The notes under the pieces are model-generated. The model had not been told where the DNA came from, did not search any database, and saw only the letters and a list, made by a program, of their open reading frames with translations. A stretch of DNA of 64,000 nt, taken from positions 128,001 to 192,000 of the forward strand of contig CAZALK010000001.1 of NCBI GenBank assembly GCA_964486045.1, read 5' to 3'. The stretch is from an uncultured archaeon (GTDB lineage: Archaea > Asgardarchaeota > Lokiarchaeia > Sigyniarchaeales > SOKP01). The stretch's first letter is position 1, and the number at the start of each line of letters is the position of its first letter. Made by a program: the position numbers and the translations under genes. Of the stretch, positions 10,678 to 21,269 are shown piece after piece.

Positions 10678-10825
10678 AATTTCAACTTTGTTTATATTAT
10701 TTTTAAAGTTTATAGTAATATTTTAGATAAGAACTATGAAAATTTCTTCGAAATATCTCATTCGAGAAAAGTTAATAAATATCCCATCTGAAATTAGAAT
10801 ACAGGAAGTGAAAATAGAAGTCTAA

Positions 10826-12778
10826 TTAAAATTCTTGAAGTAATAAAACAAAATTGCTTCCTTGTTTGTATTCTCCTTTAACTCTATCTTCAACCCAAAT
10901 ATCTCCAATATAACTATCTATTATTTTTTTTACGAGAGATAATCCAAGACCCATTCCCTTGCTTTTTTGGCTCTTCCGTGTTCCTTTCTCAAATATACTT
11001 TTTTTTCGATAATCAGATATCCCAAGCCCATTATCTTTAAATTCCATCCTGATATAATTCTTTTCTTCAATTATTTCTCTGTTAATTTCTATAATTATCT
11101 CAATTTTTGTCGAAATGTTATGCCTAACAGCATTTATCAAGATGTTCTCAAATACGTCCAATAAGAGGTTATTAGCCATTACAAAAACTTTATTCTCTGG
11201 TTTATTTATTTTAACATCCACAATTCTTGCCTGAAAGCTATTTTTGAGAAATGTTTCTGCATTTTTTAAAAATTTAATAGCTTCAATTTTTTCTAATTCA
11301 ACTCCCGATTCTTCAATTTCATTTATTTTTCTAACATTTTTAATTAATTTCCTTCCTCTCTCTACTTGTTCATTAATGATCTCATACAATTCACTTATCG
11401 TATGTAATTTTTCAGGATTGTTAAGGTAGAGTGAGCTGAGCTCGGCTGAAGAATTGATATTTTGGAGTATATTGTTGATATCGTGAGCAAAAATATCTCT
11501 ATAGAGGTTTGCTTGATAATATGCTTTTCGATATTTTTCTTCAGACTCCTTTAATTTATTATCCATTTCCTTTGGATCAGTAATATCGCGCAAAATTGAG
11601 TGAAGATAGGTCTTTTTATTGATTATTATGGCTTTTGCATGAATTAATATATCCCTTACTTCACCTGATTTAGTTTTATATTTCGATTCAAAAACATCAA
11701 ACCCCTGTTTGACGATTCTTTCAAGGTGGGCTCGATATTCATCGTTTCCCTCCATCATATCAAAGTCTGGTACTCTAATATTATTAAACTCCTCTCGTGT
11801 ATAACCGAGATTTTCATGCATTTTATCATTAAAATCTACGATCTTGCCATTTTCTGTATCGAGAACGATTATCATATCTCCTGCTTGCTCAAAAAGAGCG
11901 CGGTATTTAATCTCTGAATCTCTTAATTCCTTAGCTCTAACTTCTATTCTTTGTTCTAGTTCTTTATTTAATTTTTTTAATTTATCTTCAGATTCTTTTA
12001 ATTTATTTTCTGCCATTTTATGATCAGTTATATCGGCGATCATTCCTATACCATAAAGTGGCTTTCCATCATTTCCTCTAATTATCGAAGCAGTGAGATT
12101 CCCCCACAAAATTTTTTTATTCTTTTTAAAAAAACGTTGTTCGAGGGCGAAAAATGGTATCTCTCCTCTGATTAATTTTTCTTTAAGTCTGTTTTCTTTT
12201 TCTAGATCTTCAGAATGAGTTATATCTTGAATATTAAGGTTAAGTAATTCTTTCATTGTGTAACCAAACATATTAACCATCATCGAATTAGCCATCGTTA
12301 TGTGGTTATTTTTTAAATCAATTATAGTCATCCCAAGAGAACTCTCCTCAAAAACTTTACGAAATCTTTCCTCTGATTCTTTTAAAGCTTCTTCAGCTTT
12401 TTTTTTATCTGAAACATCTTTATAAATCGCTACTATTAACCCAGAAGGCAATTTATAGACGTAATTTTCCACCCATTGAGAAATCCTTTCATCTTTATAT
12501 TGTGAGATTGGATGATTTTCTGATTTTCCTGATCTCCAAACTCTTTGAAACACTTCAAATAAACCTAAATCTTTTATCCCTGGGAAAATTTTAGTTACTA
12601 GTTTACCGACGACCTCTTTTTGGTTAACTTGACTTATTTCCTCTCCTGCTTTATTTAGATCTTTAATTATAAAATCATTTCCGTCCTTAATTGGTTTATA
12701 TACTGCAACTCCGCTGCTCATATTATCAAAAAGTTCTCTAAATACTTTTTCTGATTCAATAAATGATTTCTCTATCAA
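10826..12778 (-). CDS. Multi-PAS sensor histidine kinase (3 PAS)
   Basis: Three PAS repeats, AHDINNILQ, NILINAVRH, DNGLGI, GMGLGL. Confidence 0.93.
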   Translation of the reverse strand: MIEKSFIESEKVFRELFDNMSSGVAVYKPIKDGNDFIIKDLNKAGEEISQVNQKEVVGKLVTKIFPGIKDLGLFEVFQRVWRSGKSENHPISQYKDERISQWVENYVYKLPSGLIVAIYKDVSDKKKAEEALKESEERFRKVFEESSLGMTIIDLKNNHITMANSMMVNMFGYTMKELLNLNIQDITHSEDLEKENRLKEKLIRGEIPFFALEQRFFKKNKKILWGNLTASIIRGNDGKPLYGIGMIADITDHKMAENKLKESEDKLKKLNKELEQRIEVRAKELRDSEIKYRALFEQAGDMIIVLDTENGKIVDFNDKMHENLGYTREEFNNIRVPDFDMMEGNDEYRAHLERIVKQGFDVFESKYKTKSGEVRDILIHAKAIIINKKTYLHSILRDITDPKEMDNKLKESEEKYRKAYYQANLYRDIFAHDINNILQNINSSAELSSLYLNNPEKLHTISELYEIINEQVERGRKLIKNVRKINEIEESGVELEKIEAIKFLKNAETFLKNSFQARIVDVKINKPENKVFVMANNLLLDVFENILINAVRHNISTKIEIIIEINREIIEEKNYIRMEFKDNGLGISDYRKKSIFEKGTRKSQKSKGMGLGLSLVKKIIDSYIGDIWVEDRVKGEYKQGSNFVLLLQEF

Positions 12779-13009
12779 ATTTTCCTCAATCTCCTGTTTT
12801 TCTTCAAATTTTCTTATGCAACTATTAATGCTATATGTTTCTTTTCATTTATTTTGATTAAATCTTCTTTAAGTCTATTAAAGCACATATATAGTTAACT
12901 AATTGTATTTAAATCTATGTGGTTTATTCTTATATCCGATTAATCTTTATGAAATAATAATGAATTTAAGACGTTGTAGTTGGTACTCTCAACTTGCGAA
13001 AAATAATTT

Positions 13010-13765
13010 TTATTTGTCGGAACCAACCGGGATTAATAATACAAATTTAGAGCCTTTTGAATAATCTCCATTGATTCTGTTCTCAACCCAAATAATTCCA
13101 CTATAACTATCGATAATTTTTTTTACAAGCGATAATCCAAATCCCATTCCTTTACCATGTGTGCCCTTTATAAAGCTAGTGTTGAATATCCATTCCTTTC
13201 GATCATCAGTTATTCCTATACCGTTATCAATAAATTCGACTTTTATGTAACTCCGATTTTCTTTTAAGGATTGTGTGATCTGAATAGTAACATCAACGGA
13301 ATTATTTAAGTTATGGAGAACTGTATTAATCAAAAGGTTCTCAAAAATTTCGACTAACAATTCGTTTGCTTCCACCCAGATATTATCCTTAAAAGGATTG
13401 ACTTTAATATTTAATTTTTTATCTCGAAAATTTTTTTGTACGAAATTGATCGCTTCTTCTAATGGTTTAATTATATTTATTTGCTCTGTTAAGTTGTTTA
13501 TTTTTTTTATTTGAGATAAATTTCGAGCATTTGATATTAGTTTAATTCCACGCGCTATCTGACCATTTATTATGTCGAATTGTTCACGAACTTTACTTAT
13601 TTGAGATGAATTGCCTAAAAAGATTTTACACAATTCGGTGGAACTTCGAACATTATTAAAAATATTGTTTATATCATGAGCAAGGAACTCGAAGGATTTT
13701 GAATTCTGAGACTTTTCATCTATTTTCTTTAACTCCCTTTTTTTTGCTGGATCTTTGAGATTCAA
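13010..13765 (-). CDS. Sensor-less histidine kinase (HisKA plus HATPase only)
   Basis: AHDINNIFN at about residue 30, NLLINTVLH, DNGIGI, GMGFGL; no input domain. Confidence 0.88.
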   Translation of the reverse strand: MNLKDPAKKRELKKIDEKSQNSKSFEFLAHDINNIFNNVRSSTELCKIFLGNSSQISKVREQFDIINGQIARGIKLISNARNLSQIKKINNLTEQINIIKPLEEAINFVQKNFRDKKLNIKVNPFKDNIWVEANELLVEIFENLLINTVLHNLNNSVDVTIQITQSLKENRSYIKVEFIDNGIGITDDRKEWIFNTSFIKGTHGKGMGFGLSLVKKIIDSYSGIIWVENRINGDYSKGSKFVLLIPVGSDK

Positions 13766-14062
13766 ATTTTATTCTCTTAATACTTTTCTTGATGTCGATT
13801 TTTTTTAAACTAAGGCATGGCATTATAATCTTAGATTTCTAATTTAAAATTATTCTAAAAAGCAATAAAGAAATGATAGCAATTAAAATTAGATCTTTTT
13901 TTCTTCTTCATATTTCTTAGATTGGCTTTAGGATAATCCTAATTCTTCTTTTTTCAATCTATTTTAATTCTATTTAAGACATAAATTTGAACTCATTGAA
14001 AATAATTCCTGTTTTTTCTTTAAATATTTCTGTTTCTATCCTGCAAAAGATAATAGATTTCT

Positions 14063-17000
14063 GTGAATTTAATGAAAAAAAACTCAAAAGTTATAATTAT
14101 TTTTCTCATATTTGTTGTAATTGTGTGCTTTTCTCAAGTGACCATGGAAGGTAAGGTAGAAAATCTACCTAACAGTTTAAATTCGCCTTCAGAAGCTAGT
14201 TTTAATAGTTTAAACTCTGTCTTTGATGAAAAAATTGACGCTTATAATACTTTTGGATTCTTTCCTCAAGTTTATGGCTCATCCTTACAAGCCACTTATT
14301 ACGGGCTATATATATTAGACTCTATTGGGAAGTTAGATGGCTTAAATAAATCTAAGTTTACCCAATATATTATGAGGCATTACAATTCCAGCTCAAATCT
14401 GTTTATAGATAGATTTGCCAACCGATATTTAGACACTGATTTTTCTCATTCATATTACCCTCTTTCAACCGTTCTTGAGATCAACAGTTATGCGATCCTA
14501 TCATTGTCACTCCTGGATGAATTAAATTTAATAAATATTAGCAAATCAATTGATTTCTTGTGGAGTTGTTATAATCCAGTTTCAAGCGGTTTTATTGGAC
14601 AGCCATATGATCCCCAGTTGGAAGCGTATTTCAAAATTTCAACCATGGATAATACCTATTTTGCAGTTACAACCTTAGATTTGTTAATGGGAAGTTGGTC
14701 AGGATATACTCAACAAAAAAGCGAATTAATTGTTTATATTAATTCCCTTCAAATGTCAGGTGTTATGGGTTGGAAACTCGGGGGATTTAAAAATGATGAT
14801 GCCTCATCTTTTAATTCACTCACGATTCTATTTGAGCCAAATTTACTCTCTTCATTTTACAGTATAAAAACTTTAGAGGTGTTTGGGATGGAAAGCACTA
14901 TTAATTATCCAAATTTTTATAATTTCTTAGGCTCTCTTTATGACTCTGCGAATCATTTTTTTCGAATATCACAATTAGATTTTAATAACAACTTCACTAA
15001 CTTAATAGCTACAGCATTAGGATTAGAACTTTCAGATATTACGGGTTTTGTTTCTTTTAATCGAACTGAAGTATTAAATTTTCTTTATAATAACAGAAAT
15101 TCACTGGGAATGTGGGATGCTTCTACTACTATTCAAAAACATGAATTAATAGATACTTTCCAGATTATGAGGACCTTGCAAAACACGAACGAGATCATCA
15201 TGCTTAATTTTAATGATAGAAATCAGATTAGTTATAATAGCCTATCTTATTTTTCAAGTAGCAATAGTAGCTTTTCTCTCTTATCAAAAGATTATAATAC
15301 AATCAGTTTACTCTATACCATAATAGAATCATTTAATCTGTATGATAGAATCTCTGAACTGGACATCCAAGGGTTATATACTACTATTACTGAATCCTAT
15401 TATTATGACGATTATTATAGATATGATGGATTTATCTCTTATACAAATATTGATACAAATCATATTGGTTTCAGATCCTATCCCATTGAATTTTACAGTG
15501 CGGGAAATAAAGAATATTTCGATGAGATCGGGTATCTTTTTTCGCATAAAGCTACCTTTCAAGCCTTAAGATCTTTAAATAGGTTGTTTAAATTAGATGA
15601 TTTTGGATTAACGCATGATTTATCGAGATTAGTAGGAAATATCATCGATACCCAATTTCTTAACTCTTCCTACCCTGACCAACATGGTGGGTTTTTACCC
15701 ATTATGGAATATGATCCTCAGTGGAGAGAATTTCTAAGTAAAAACATATATCTTGAATATTCGTATTACGCAATTAAGGCATTGGAATTACTTAGCGAAC
15801 ACTTGGGGTTGGGAGGAGTAAACAACCTTACTTTTAATAAAAGTGCTTTAAACCTCTATATCCATAATAAATTTTTCGAAGATGCAACAACTCTTTATTT
15901 TCAACCAGATCATAGTACCCAGCCAGAAACCCTAATCGAGAATACCTACTATGCTATCTATATCCTAAAACAGATTAATTTTTCCGATGTGGATGAGCAG
16001 AAAATAGCAAACTTCGTATCCACTAACATCAATTACTCAAATATAAAAAGTGTCTATTTTGCATATAAACTCTCAAAACTCATTGCTCCAGAGATTTATC
16101 TAAACTATGATTTAATTTATCAGTTAATTGGCGCTATTTACGACGATGCTATAAAAGAATATTACCTAACAACAGATAAAGAAGAAATAATGCAAGAAGC
16201 TTTTTTATGGATATGTGATATGGTTGTAAATGACTTAAGCATCTCTACAACCACGATCAATATTGAGTATCTTGCAAATTCTGAATTCTTATCTACGGGA
16301 AATAATATAAATTTCAGTATCGTCTCGAAATATGGTGGAACTTACTGGTTCTGGGTGAATGGAGTACTTACCAGTTCAAGTACATTTCAATCTAATAGCG
16401 AGAATATATCCCTCTCTCTTGATAGTTATGCAAACATGTTAGGAAACTTTACGGTTAAGATTAACGCTACTGCCCTAGATGGTCAATATGCAGAGGCTAC
16501 ATCTACTTTTAGTGTGTATTCTGATTCAAGTACAGTTGTCAATGTTGAGAACCTTTCAAATTGTGAATTTTTATCAATAGGAAATAATATCACTTTCAGT
16601 ATTACCGCCAAATATAGTGGAACTTACTGGTTTTGGGTTAATGGGATACTTGGTAATTCAAGCACATTTCAATCTTATGGTGATAATATATCAATTTCTC
16701 TTAATAATTATACAGATACGTTAGGAAACCATACGATTAAAATAAACGCTACTGCGCTTGATGGTCATTACGGAGAAATGATATCCAATTTTAATGTATA
16801 TTCTGATTCAAGCACTATTGTAAACATATTATCTCTTAATAACTATGAGTATAGCACTACAGGACATAACATTAATTTCAGTATACATTCTGATTATCCA
16901 GATTGGTATAATGTGTCAATAAACGGTTTTGAGATCAGTTCAGGTACTTATTATGATGATCAAGTCTTTAATATCTCTATTGACAGTTATGACATAGGTA

Positions 17001-19456
17001 ATCATGATATTGTTATTTGGGCGCGAGGATTAGATAATAAAGAAGGGGTTGCAAATGGAAATTTTTCAGTGTTTTCCACTTCTGAAACTATTTTAACGAT
17101 TCACACAGTAGATAATTATGTATATAACTCAACGGGAAATGTTATTAATTTCAGTATTAGCTCTGATTTCCCCGAATATTATACCATCGAAATTGATAAC
17201 GTTGTTGTTGGTGAGGGTTTCTATATTAATAATGTCCCCATACTCTTTTCGGTTGATGGTTATAACATAGGATTACATACAATAACGATCTGGGCAAATA
17301 GTACCGATAAAAAAATCGTAAACTTAACTGTTGATTTTGATGTATTTAGCCAATCTTTTTTGGAAATTGAAATACAAAATCTCCAAAATTATGAATTTAA
17401 GTCAAAAGAGAATTATATCTTATTTTTTATTAATGCCTCGTTTCCTGATTCATTTAAATTCTATATAAATGGAGAGTTAAATTTTTCTGGAATTTATTTG
17501 TATGGGGGGGAGTTGTTTAACTTCTCTATTGATAGTTATTTTGTGGGCGAACATAATGTATCAATTTGGGCAAATTCTACAGATGGAAAAGAATTCCAAT
17601 ATGTTTCAAGTTTTACTGTATATTCTCTTTCAAATACAATAATTAATATCGCAGAATTACCAGATCATGGATTTCTAACTACGGGTAACTTCGTCAAATT
17701 TAATATTAGTTCCCTTTATCCCAATTATTATATACTATCAATAGACGGACTAGAAGTCAATAGAAGCGACTATGAAAGTAATATCTATTATTATGTTCCG
17801 ATTGATGGGTATGCTATGGGCCTTCATTCTCTTTTGATCTGGGCTATTGGGGAAGATGGGAAAGTCGGGACTGCTTCAGGACAATTTAATGTGTATTCTA
17901 ATTCAACCACAATTATAACTGTAAATCAAATTCCTAGTTATGAGTTTATGACTACGGGGAATATCATCAATTTTTCCATAAACTCTAACTATATTGGGAC
18001 CTATAATGTCTCAATAGATGGAATTCTAATTGATAGTGGTAATTATACTGTAGATGGGATTATAATATGCTCATCAGATGGATTTATTGTAGGCGTTCAT
18101 AATGTTTCAATCTACGCGAAGAGTATCGATGGAAAAGAGACTCAATACCACAGTAATTTTATAGTCTATTCAAATTCAACTATTTTGATAAATGTACATG
18201 GGCTTGGGGGGCTTGAATTTATGTCTACAGGAAATTCCTTAAATTTCTCAATATATTCAGACTTCCCTGATTATTATGAATTGTGGATTAACGGGATTTT
18301 AGTATCGATTGATAATTATTCTAGCGGTAGTTATATCCTATATTCACTTGATAATTACACGAACATAATAGGAAATCATTCCGTCTATATTTGGGCGATT
18401 GGGAAGGATTTTACAGTGGGAAATATCTATGCGGAATTTAGTGTGTATTCAGCCTCATCTACAATAATTTCCATCAATGAATTAGGAGGCTGTAATTTCA
18501 TGTCTACAGGAAATACCTTAAATTTCTCAATATATTCAGACTTCCCTGATTACTATGAATTGTGGGTTAACGGGATTTTAGTATCGACTGGTAATTATTC
18601 TAGCGGAGGTTATATTTTATATTCCCTCGATAATTATACCGATGTATTAGGAAACCATTCTGTTTATATTTGGGCTATTGGTAATGATTTTATTGTGAGT
18701 TCTGTCTATTCAGAATTTAGCGTGTTTTCGGCTTCATCTACAATACTTACCTTAAATGAACTGAAAGACGCCGAATTTTTGTCTCGAGGAAATTATCTCA
18801 ACTTTACAATTTTCTCTACGTATCCTGATTATTATGAGTTGTGGATAAACGGAATTTTAATTTCTACTGATAATTACTCTAGCGGAACTTACATTTTGTA
18901 TTCCCTTGATAATTATACAAGTGTTATAGAAAATCACACAATTTTTATATGGGCGGTTGGATTGGATGGAAAAGTAGGATCCTTGACAGTAGAATTTAAA
19001 GTACTCTCACTATCGAATGATATTTCTATTACAATTATTAAGCTTGATGATTACGAGTATAACTCTACTGGAAATGAATTACAATTTAGTATAAATAGTA
19101 AATATCCTAAATACTTTATAATAACCATTGATAATGTCATGGTAAGCTCTAAAAACTACACAGAAGGAGGATTAAATATTATTTCAATTGATAATTATGG
19201 TCTGGGATTACATAACTTAACGATTTGGGCAATTGGGTTAGATGGAAAAGAAATTGAGGTTGAAACAGTGTTTATAGTTTATTCCGAAATTGAATTAGAC
19301 AGACCAGTAAATAAAACTAAATTTCATCCACCAGTAACAGCCATCGTCCTTAGTAGCATTCTCATAATTATACCTAGTATGTTTATTGGTGTTTCCCATA
19401 GATATAAACAAAAAGTAAAATCAATCCTGCATTTGAAAAAATCCAAATTTCATTAA
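14063..19456 (+). CDS. Giant cell-surface glycoprotein: signal peptide, prenyltransferase/squalene-cyclase-like helical repeats, 11 Ig-like repeats, C-terminal TM anchor
   Basis: N-terminal KK plus hydrophobic stretch; repeated TYYG/A..L..L and GGF motifs; 11 repeats of about 91-94 aa; many NxS/T sequons; TM (VTAIVLSSILIIIPSMFIGV) plus basic tail. Confidence 0.85.
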   Translation: MNLMKKNSKVIIIFLIFVVIVCFSQVTMEGKVENLPNSLNSPSEASFNSLNSVFDEKIDAYNTFGFFPQVYGSSLQATYYGLYILDSIGKLDGLNKSKFTQYIMRHYNSSSNLFIDRFANRYLDTDFSHSYYPLSTVLEINSYAILSLSLLDELNLINISKSIDFLWSCYNPVSSGFIGQPYDPQLEAYFKISTMDNTYFAVTTLDLLMGSWSGYTQQKSELIVYINSLQMSGVMGWKLGGFKNDDASSFNSLTILFEPNLLSSFYSIKTLEVFGMESTINYPNFYNFLGSLYDSANHFFRISQLDFNNNFTNLIATALGLELSDITGFVSFNRTEVLNFLYNNRNSLGMWDASTTIQKHELIDTFQIMRTLQNTNEIIMLNFNDRNQISYNSLSYFSSSNSSFSLLSKDYNTISLLYTIIESFNLYDRISELDIQGLYTTITESYYYDDYYRYDGFISYTNIDTNHIGFRSYPIEFYSAGNKEYFDEIGYLFSHKATFQALRSLNRLFKLDDFGLTHDLSRLVGNIIDTQFLNSSYPDQHGGFLPIMEYDPQWREFLSKNIYLEYSYYAIKALELLSEHLGLGGVNNLTFNKSALNLYIHNKFFEDATTLYFQPDHSTQPETLIENTYYAIYILKQINFSDVDEQKIANFVSTNINYSNIKSVYFAYKLSKLIAPEIYLNYDLIYQLIGAIYDDAIKEYYLTTDKEEIMQEAFLWICDMVVNDLSISTTTINIEYLANSEFLSTGNNINFSIVSKYGGTYWFWVNGVLTSSSTFQSNSENISLSLDSYANMLGNFTVKINATALDGQYAEATSTFSVYSDSSTVVNVENLSNCEFLSIGNNITFSITAKYSGTYWFWVNGILGNSSTFQSYGDNISISLNNYTDTLGNHTIKINATALDGHYGEMISNFNVYSDSSTIVNILSLNNYEYSTTGHNINFSIHSDYPDWYNVSINGFEISSGTYYDDQVFNISIDSYDIGNHDIVIWARGLDNKEGVANGNFSVFSTSETILTIHTVDNYVYNSTGNVINFSISSDFPEYYTIEIDNVVVGEGFYINNVPILFSVDGYNIGLHTITIWANSTDKKIVNLTVDFDVFSQSFLEIEIQNLQNYEFKSKENYILFFINASFPDSFKFYINGELNFSGIYLYGGELFNFSIDSYFVGEHNVSIWANSTDGKEFQYVSSFTVYSLSNTIINIAELPDHGFLTTGNFVKFNISSLYPNYYILSIDGLEVNRSDYESNIYYYVPIDGYAMGLHSLLIWAIGEDGKVGTASGQFNVYSNSTTIITVNQIPSYEFMTTGNIINFSINSNYIGTYNVSIDGILIDSGNYTVDGIIICSSDGFIVGVHNVSIYAKSIDGKETQYHSNFIVYSNSTILINVHGLGGLEFMSTGNSLNFSIYSDFPDYYELWINGILVSIDNYSSGSYILYSLDNYTNIIGNHSVYIWAIGKDFTVGNIYAEFSVYSASSTIISINELGGCNFMSTGNTLNFSIYSDFPDYYELWVNGILVSTGNYSSGGYILYSLDNYTDVLGNHSVYIWAIGNDFIVSSVYSEFSVFSASSTILTLNELKDAEFLSRGNYLNFTIFSTYPDYYELWINGILISTDNYSSGTYILYSLDNYTSVIENHTIFIWAVGLDGKVGSLTVEFKVLSLSNDISITIIKLDDYEYNSTGNELQFSINSKYPKYFIITIDNVMVSSKNYTEGGLNIISIDNYGLGLHNLTIWAIGLDGKEIEVETVFIVYSEIELDRPVNKTKFHPPVTAIVLSSILIIIPSMFIGVSHRYKQKVKSILHLKKSKFH
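16247..19285 (+). repeat. Intragenic tandem array of 11 Ig-like repeat units (about 273-282 bp)
   Basis: Consensus xIxIxxLxxYEFxSTGNxINFSIxSxYPxxYxxxINGxxxxxxxY...SxDxYxxGxHxxxIWAxxxDGK...FxVYS; near-identical DNA at 18221 and 18500 (279-bp period) and at 16328 and 16610 (282-bp period). Confidence 0.9.
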
Positions 19457-19494
19457 GGAAATTAATCGATGAATGTCATAACGGTCATTGTCTT

Positions 19495-19767
19495 TAGTGT
19501 TTAATTTTTTAATTTGAGATATATTTTGAGAATTTGATATTAATTTAATTCCACGGGCTATTTGACCATTGATTATCTGAAGTTACTCACTAATTTTTCT
19601 TATTTGAGTTGAATCACCTAAAATAGTTTTCCTTAATTCGGTAGAACTTCAAATATTATTAAAAATATTGTTTATGTCATGAGCACGGAAATTAAACGAT
19701 TTTGAATACTGATTTCCTTGATTTTTTGCCTTTAACTCCCTTTTTTTTCAGGATCTCTGATATTCAT
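19495..19767 (-). pseudogene. Decayed 5' fragment of the sensor-less histidine kinase (paralogue of 13010..13765)
   Basis: MNIRDPEKK/RELK...FRAHDINNIFNNI*SSTEL...SE*LQIINGQIARGIKLISN aligns with MNLKDPAKKRELK...LAHDINNIFNNVRSSTEL...REQFDIINGQIARGIKLISN; one frameshift, two stops, no ATPase domain. Confidence 0.9.
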
Positions 19768-21269
19768 TATCCCACGAGCATGGAGGGTAATATCTTAGCT
19801 AAGGGAACGGCTAATCCACCGAGGAGAGAACCAATTGAACCAATTTTTTTAAGATAAGTTTTTATATCTTTTGATACTTTCACTGACCGCGTCTTTCCTT
19901 CGATAATTGTCCCATCTTCTGAGAGTAAGAATATCTGGATTGTTTGTTCTCCTGTTGCTCTCGGTTCTAAAGTTAACCACGTTGTATCTCCATTTTCTAG
20001 CATGCTTGATAATACACCTGCAATATCACTCCCTTCAGATGAGATTAAGGGAATGGGTTTATCAGGTATTAAAAAACTTCCCCGACCCTCAACCTCCACC
20101 TCTAGTTTTAATTTTGAAGGTTCAAATCCTGGAGCATTTATTTTAATTATGTATTTTTTAGCATCTGGAAAATTATTATAGAGAAAACAAAAAATGTTTA
20201 ATTCTGAATTCAAAAATACAACTTCCTGAGCAGTAGAATCCATATAAATTGGATCTTTTGATATTCGTTCAATATTATCTGCGAGTTCTAGTTGTAATCT
20301 ATCTATTATATTGAAAAATCCAGGATTAAATTTTTTGATATACGCAAAAAGCTTTCCGATATCATTTTGAGAAAAATGCCATATATTTTCTATTAGCATA
20401 CCCTTTTCAATATCAAAAGTATCTGAATCAACATCGATTACTTCTTTTAGTTCTTGATTGAACTGTTCCTCAGTTAATACATCTTGGAACTTCAAATAAT
20501 ACAGAAATAATATCTTTTCCACGGCAAATGTAATTGGTAGCTCATCAGGTTCATCTTCTTTTATTTTTTGTATAAAATTTGGAGTTAGTATTTTATTTAT
20601 TTCTGTTAAGTATTCATCCCATTTGAGGAAAGTAACTGGATCTAAATGATTTGATAGTATTTCCGCGAAAAAATTATCTAAGAAAATTTGGTGGGTTGTA
20701 GGTTTGTAAAAGTCTTGAAGTCCATTAACATCATGAATATTAAGATTCAAACTTCGGATTAATAATGCTAAACCTAAACCTACTAATGAAAATCCCGCTG
20801 CTGCGAATCCCAAATTAGTTCCCATATCTCCTTCCCCAAATAAAAGCATTACGAGGAATAGTATTAAAGCAACAAGACAAATCACAGAAATAATTTTTAA
20901 TAAGTTCGTAACTCTCTTTACATTGTTCGCCAATAAATCAAACCCGTCAAGACTATCTATTGGTCTACCCCTTTTTCTTTCAAAGTTTAAACGCATTTTC
21001 AGTGATGATTCCGTTGAATTAGCACCTAAGAAGAGCATTATTGAATTGAATAAGTAGATTATTAGAATGGCATAAAAAATTATAATCAAAGTAGGATCAA
21101 GAGCATTGAATAATGTAAGAATTGTAATTGCTACGAGTGCTATAGGAAGTACAAAAAGTAATAACTTCCCCACTTTTGACATGTAACTTATCATATTCCC
21201 TTGAAATTTTTCTTTTTTGAGAATTTGTGATAAATCCTTTTCGAATTCTCTCTCCATCTTTTCTATCAA
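19767..21269 (-). CDS. Uncharacterised membrane protein (4 N-terminal TM helices, large soluble region)
   Basis: 500-aa ORF with four hydrophobic segments and a hydrophobic C-terminal helix; no family recognised. Confidence 0.75.
   Translation of the reverse strand: MIEKMEREFEKDLSQILKKEKFQGNMISYMSKVGKLLLFVLPIALVAITILTLFNALDPTLIIIFYAILIIYLFNSIMLFLGANSTESSLKMRLNFERKRGRPIDSLDGFDLLANNVKRVTNLLKIISVICLVALILFLVMLLFGEGDMGTNLGFAAAGFSLVGLGLALLIRSLNLNIHDVNGLQDFYKPTTHQIFLDNFFAEILSNHLDPVTFLKWDEYLTEINKILTPNFIQKIKEDEPDELPITFAVEKILFLYYLKFQDVLTEEQFNQELKEVIDVDSDTFDIEKGMLIENIWHFSQNDIGKLFAYIKKFNPGFFNIIDRLQLELADNIERISKDPIYMDSTAQEVVFLNSELNIFCFLYNNFPDAKKYIIKINAPGFEPSKLKLEVEVEGRGSFLIPDKPIPLISSEGSDIAGVLSSMLENGDTTWLTLEPRATGEQTIQIFLLSEDGTIIEGKTRSVKVSKDIKTYLKKIGSIGSLLGGLAVPLAKILPSMLVG

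Noticed and set aside
12778-12848. Possible upstream extension or ATA start for the PAS kinase at 12778
   Set aside because: A usable TTG is present and the extension has no recognisable domain, so it was not counted among the NUA cases.
16247-19285. Repeat array as a CRISPR or a diversity-generating-retroelement template/variable pair
   Set aside because: The units are in-frame protein domains of about 280 bp without spacers; differences are not adenine-specific; no reverse transcriptase or cas gene is present.
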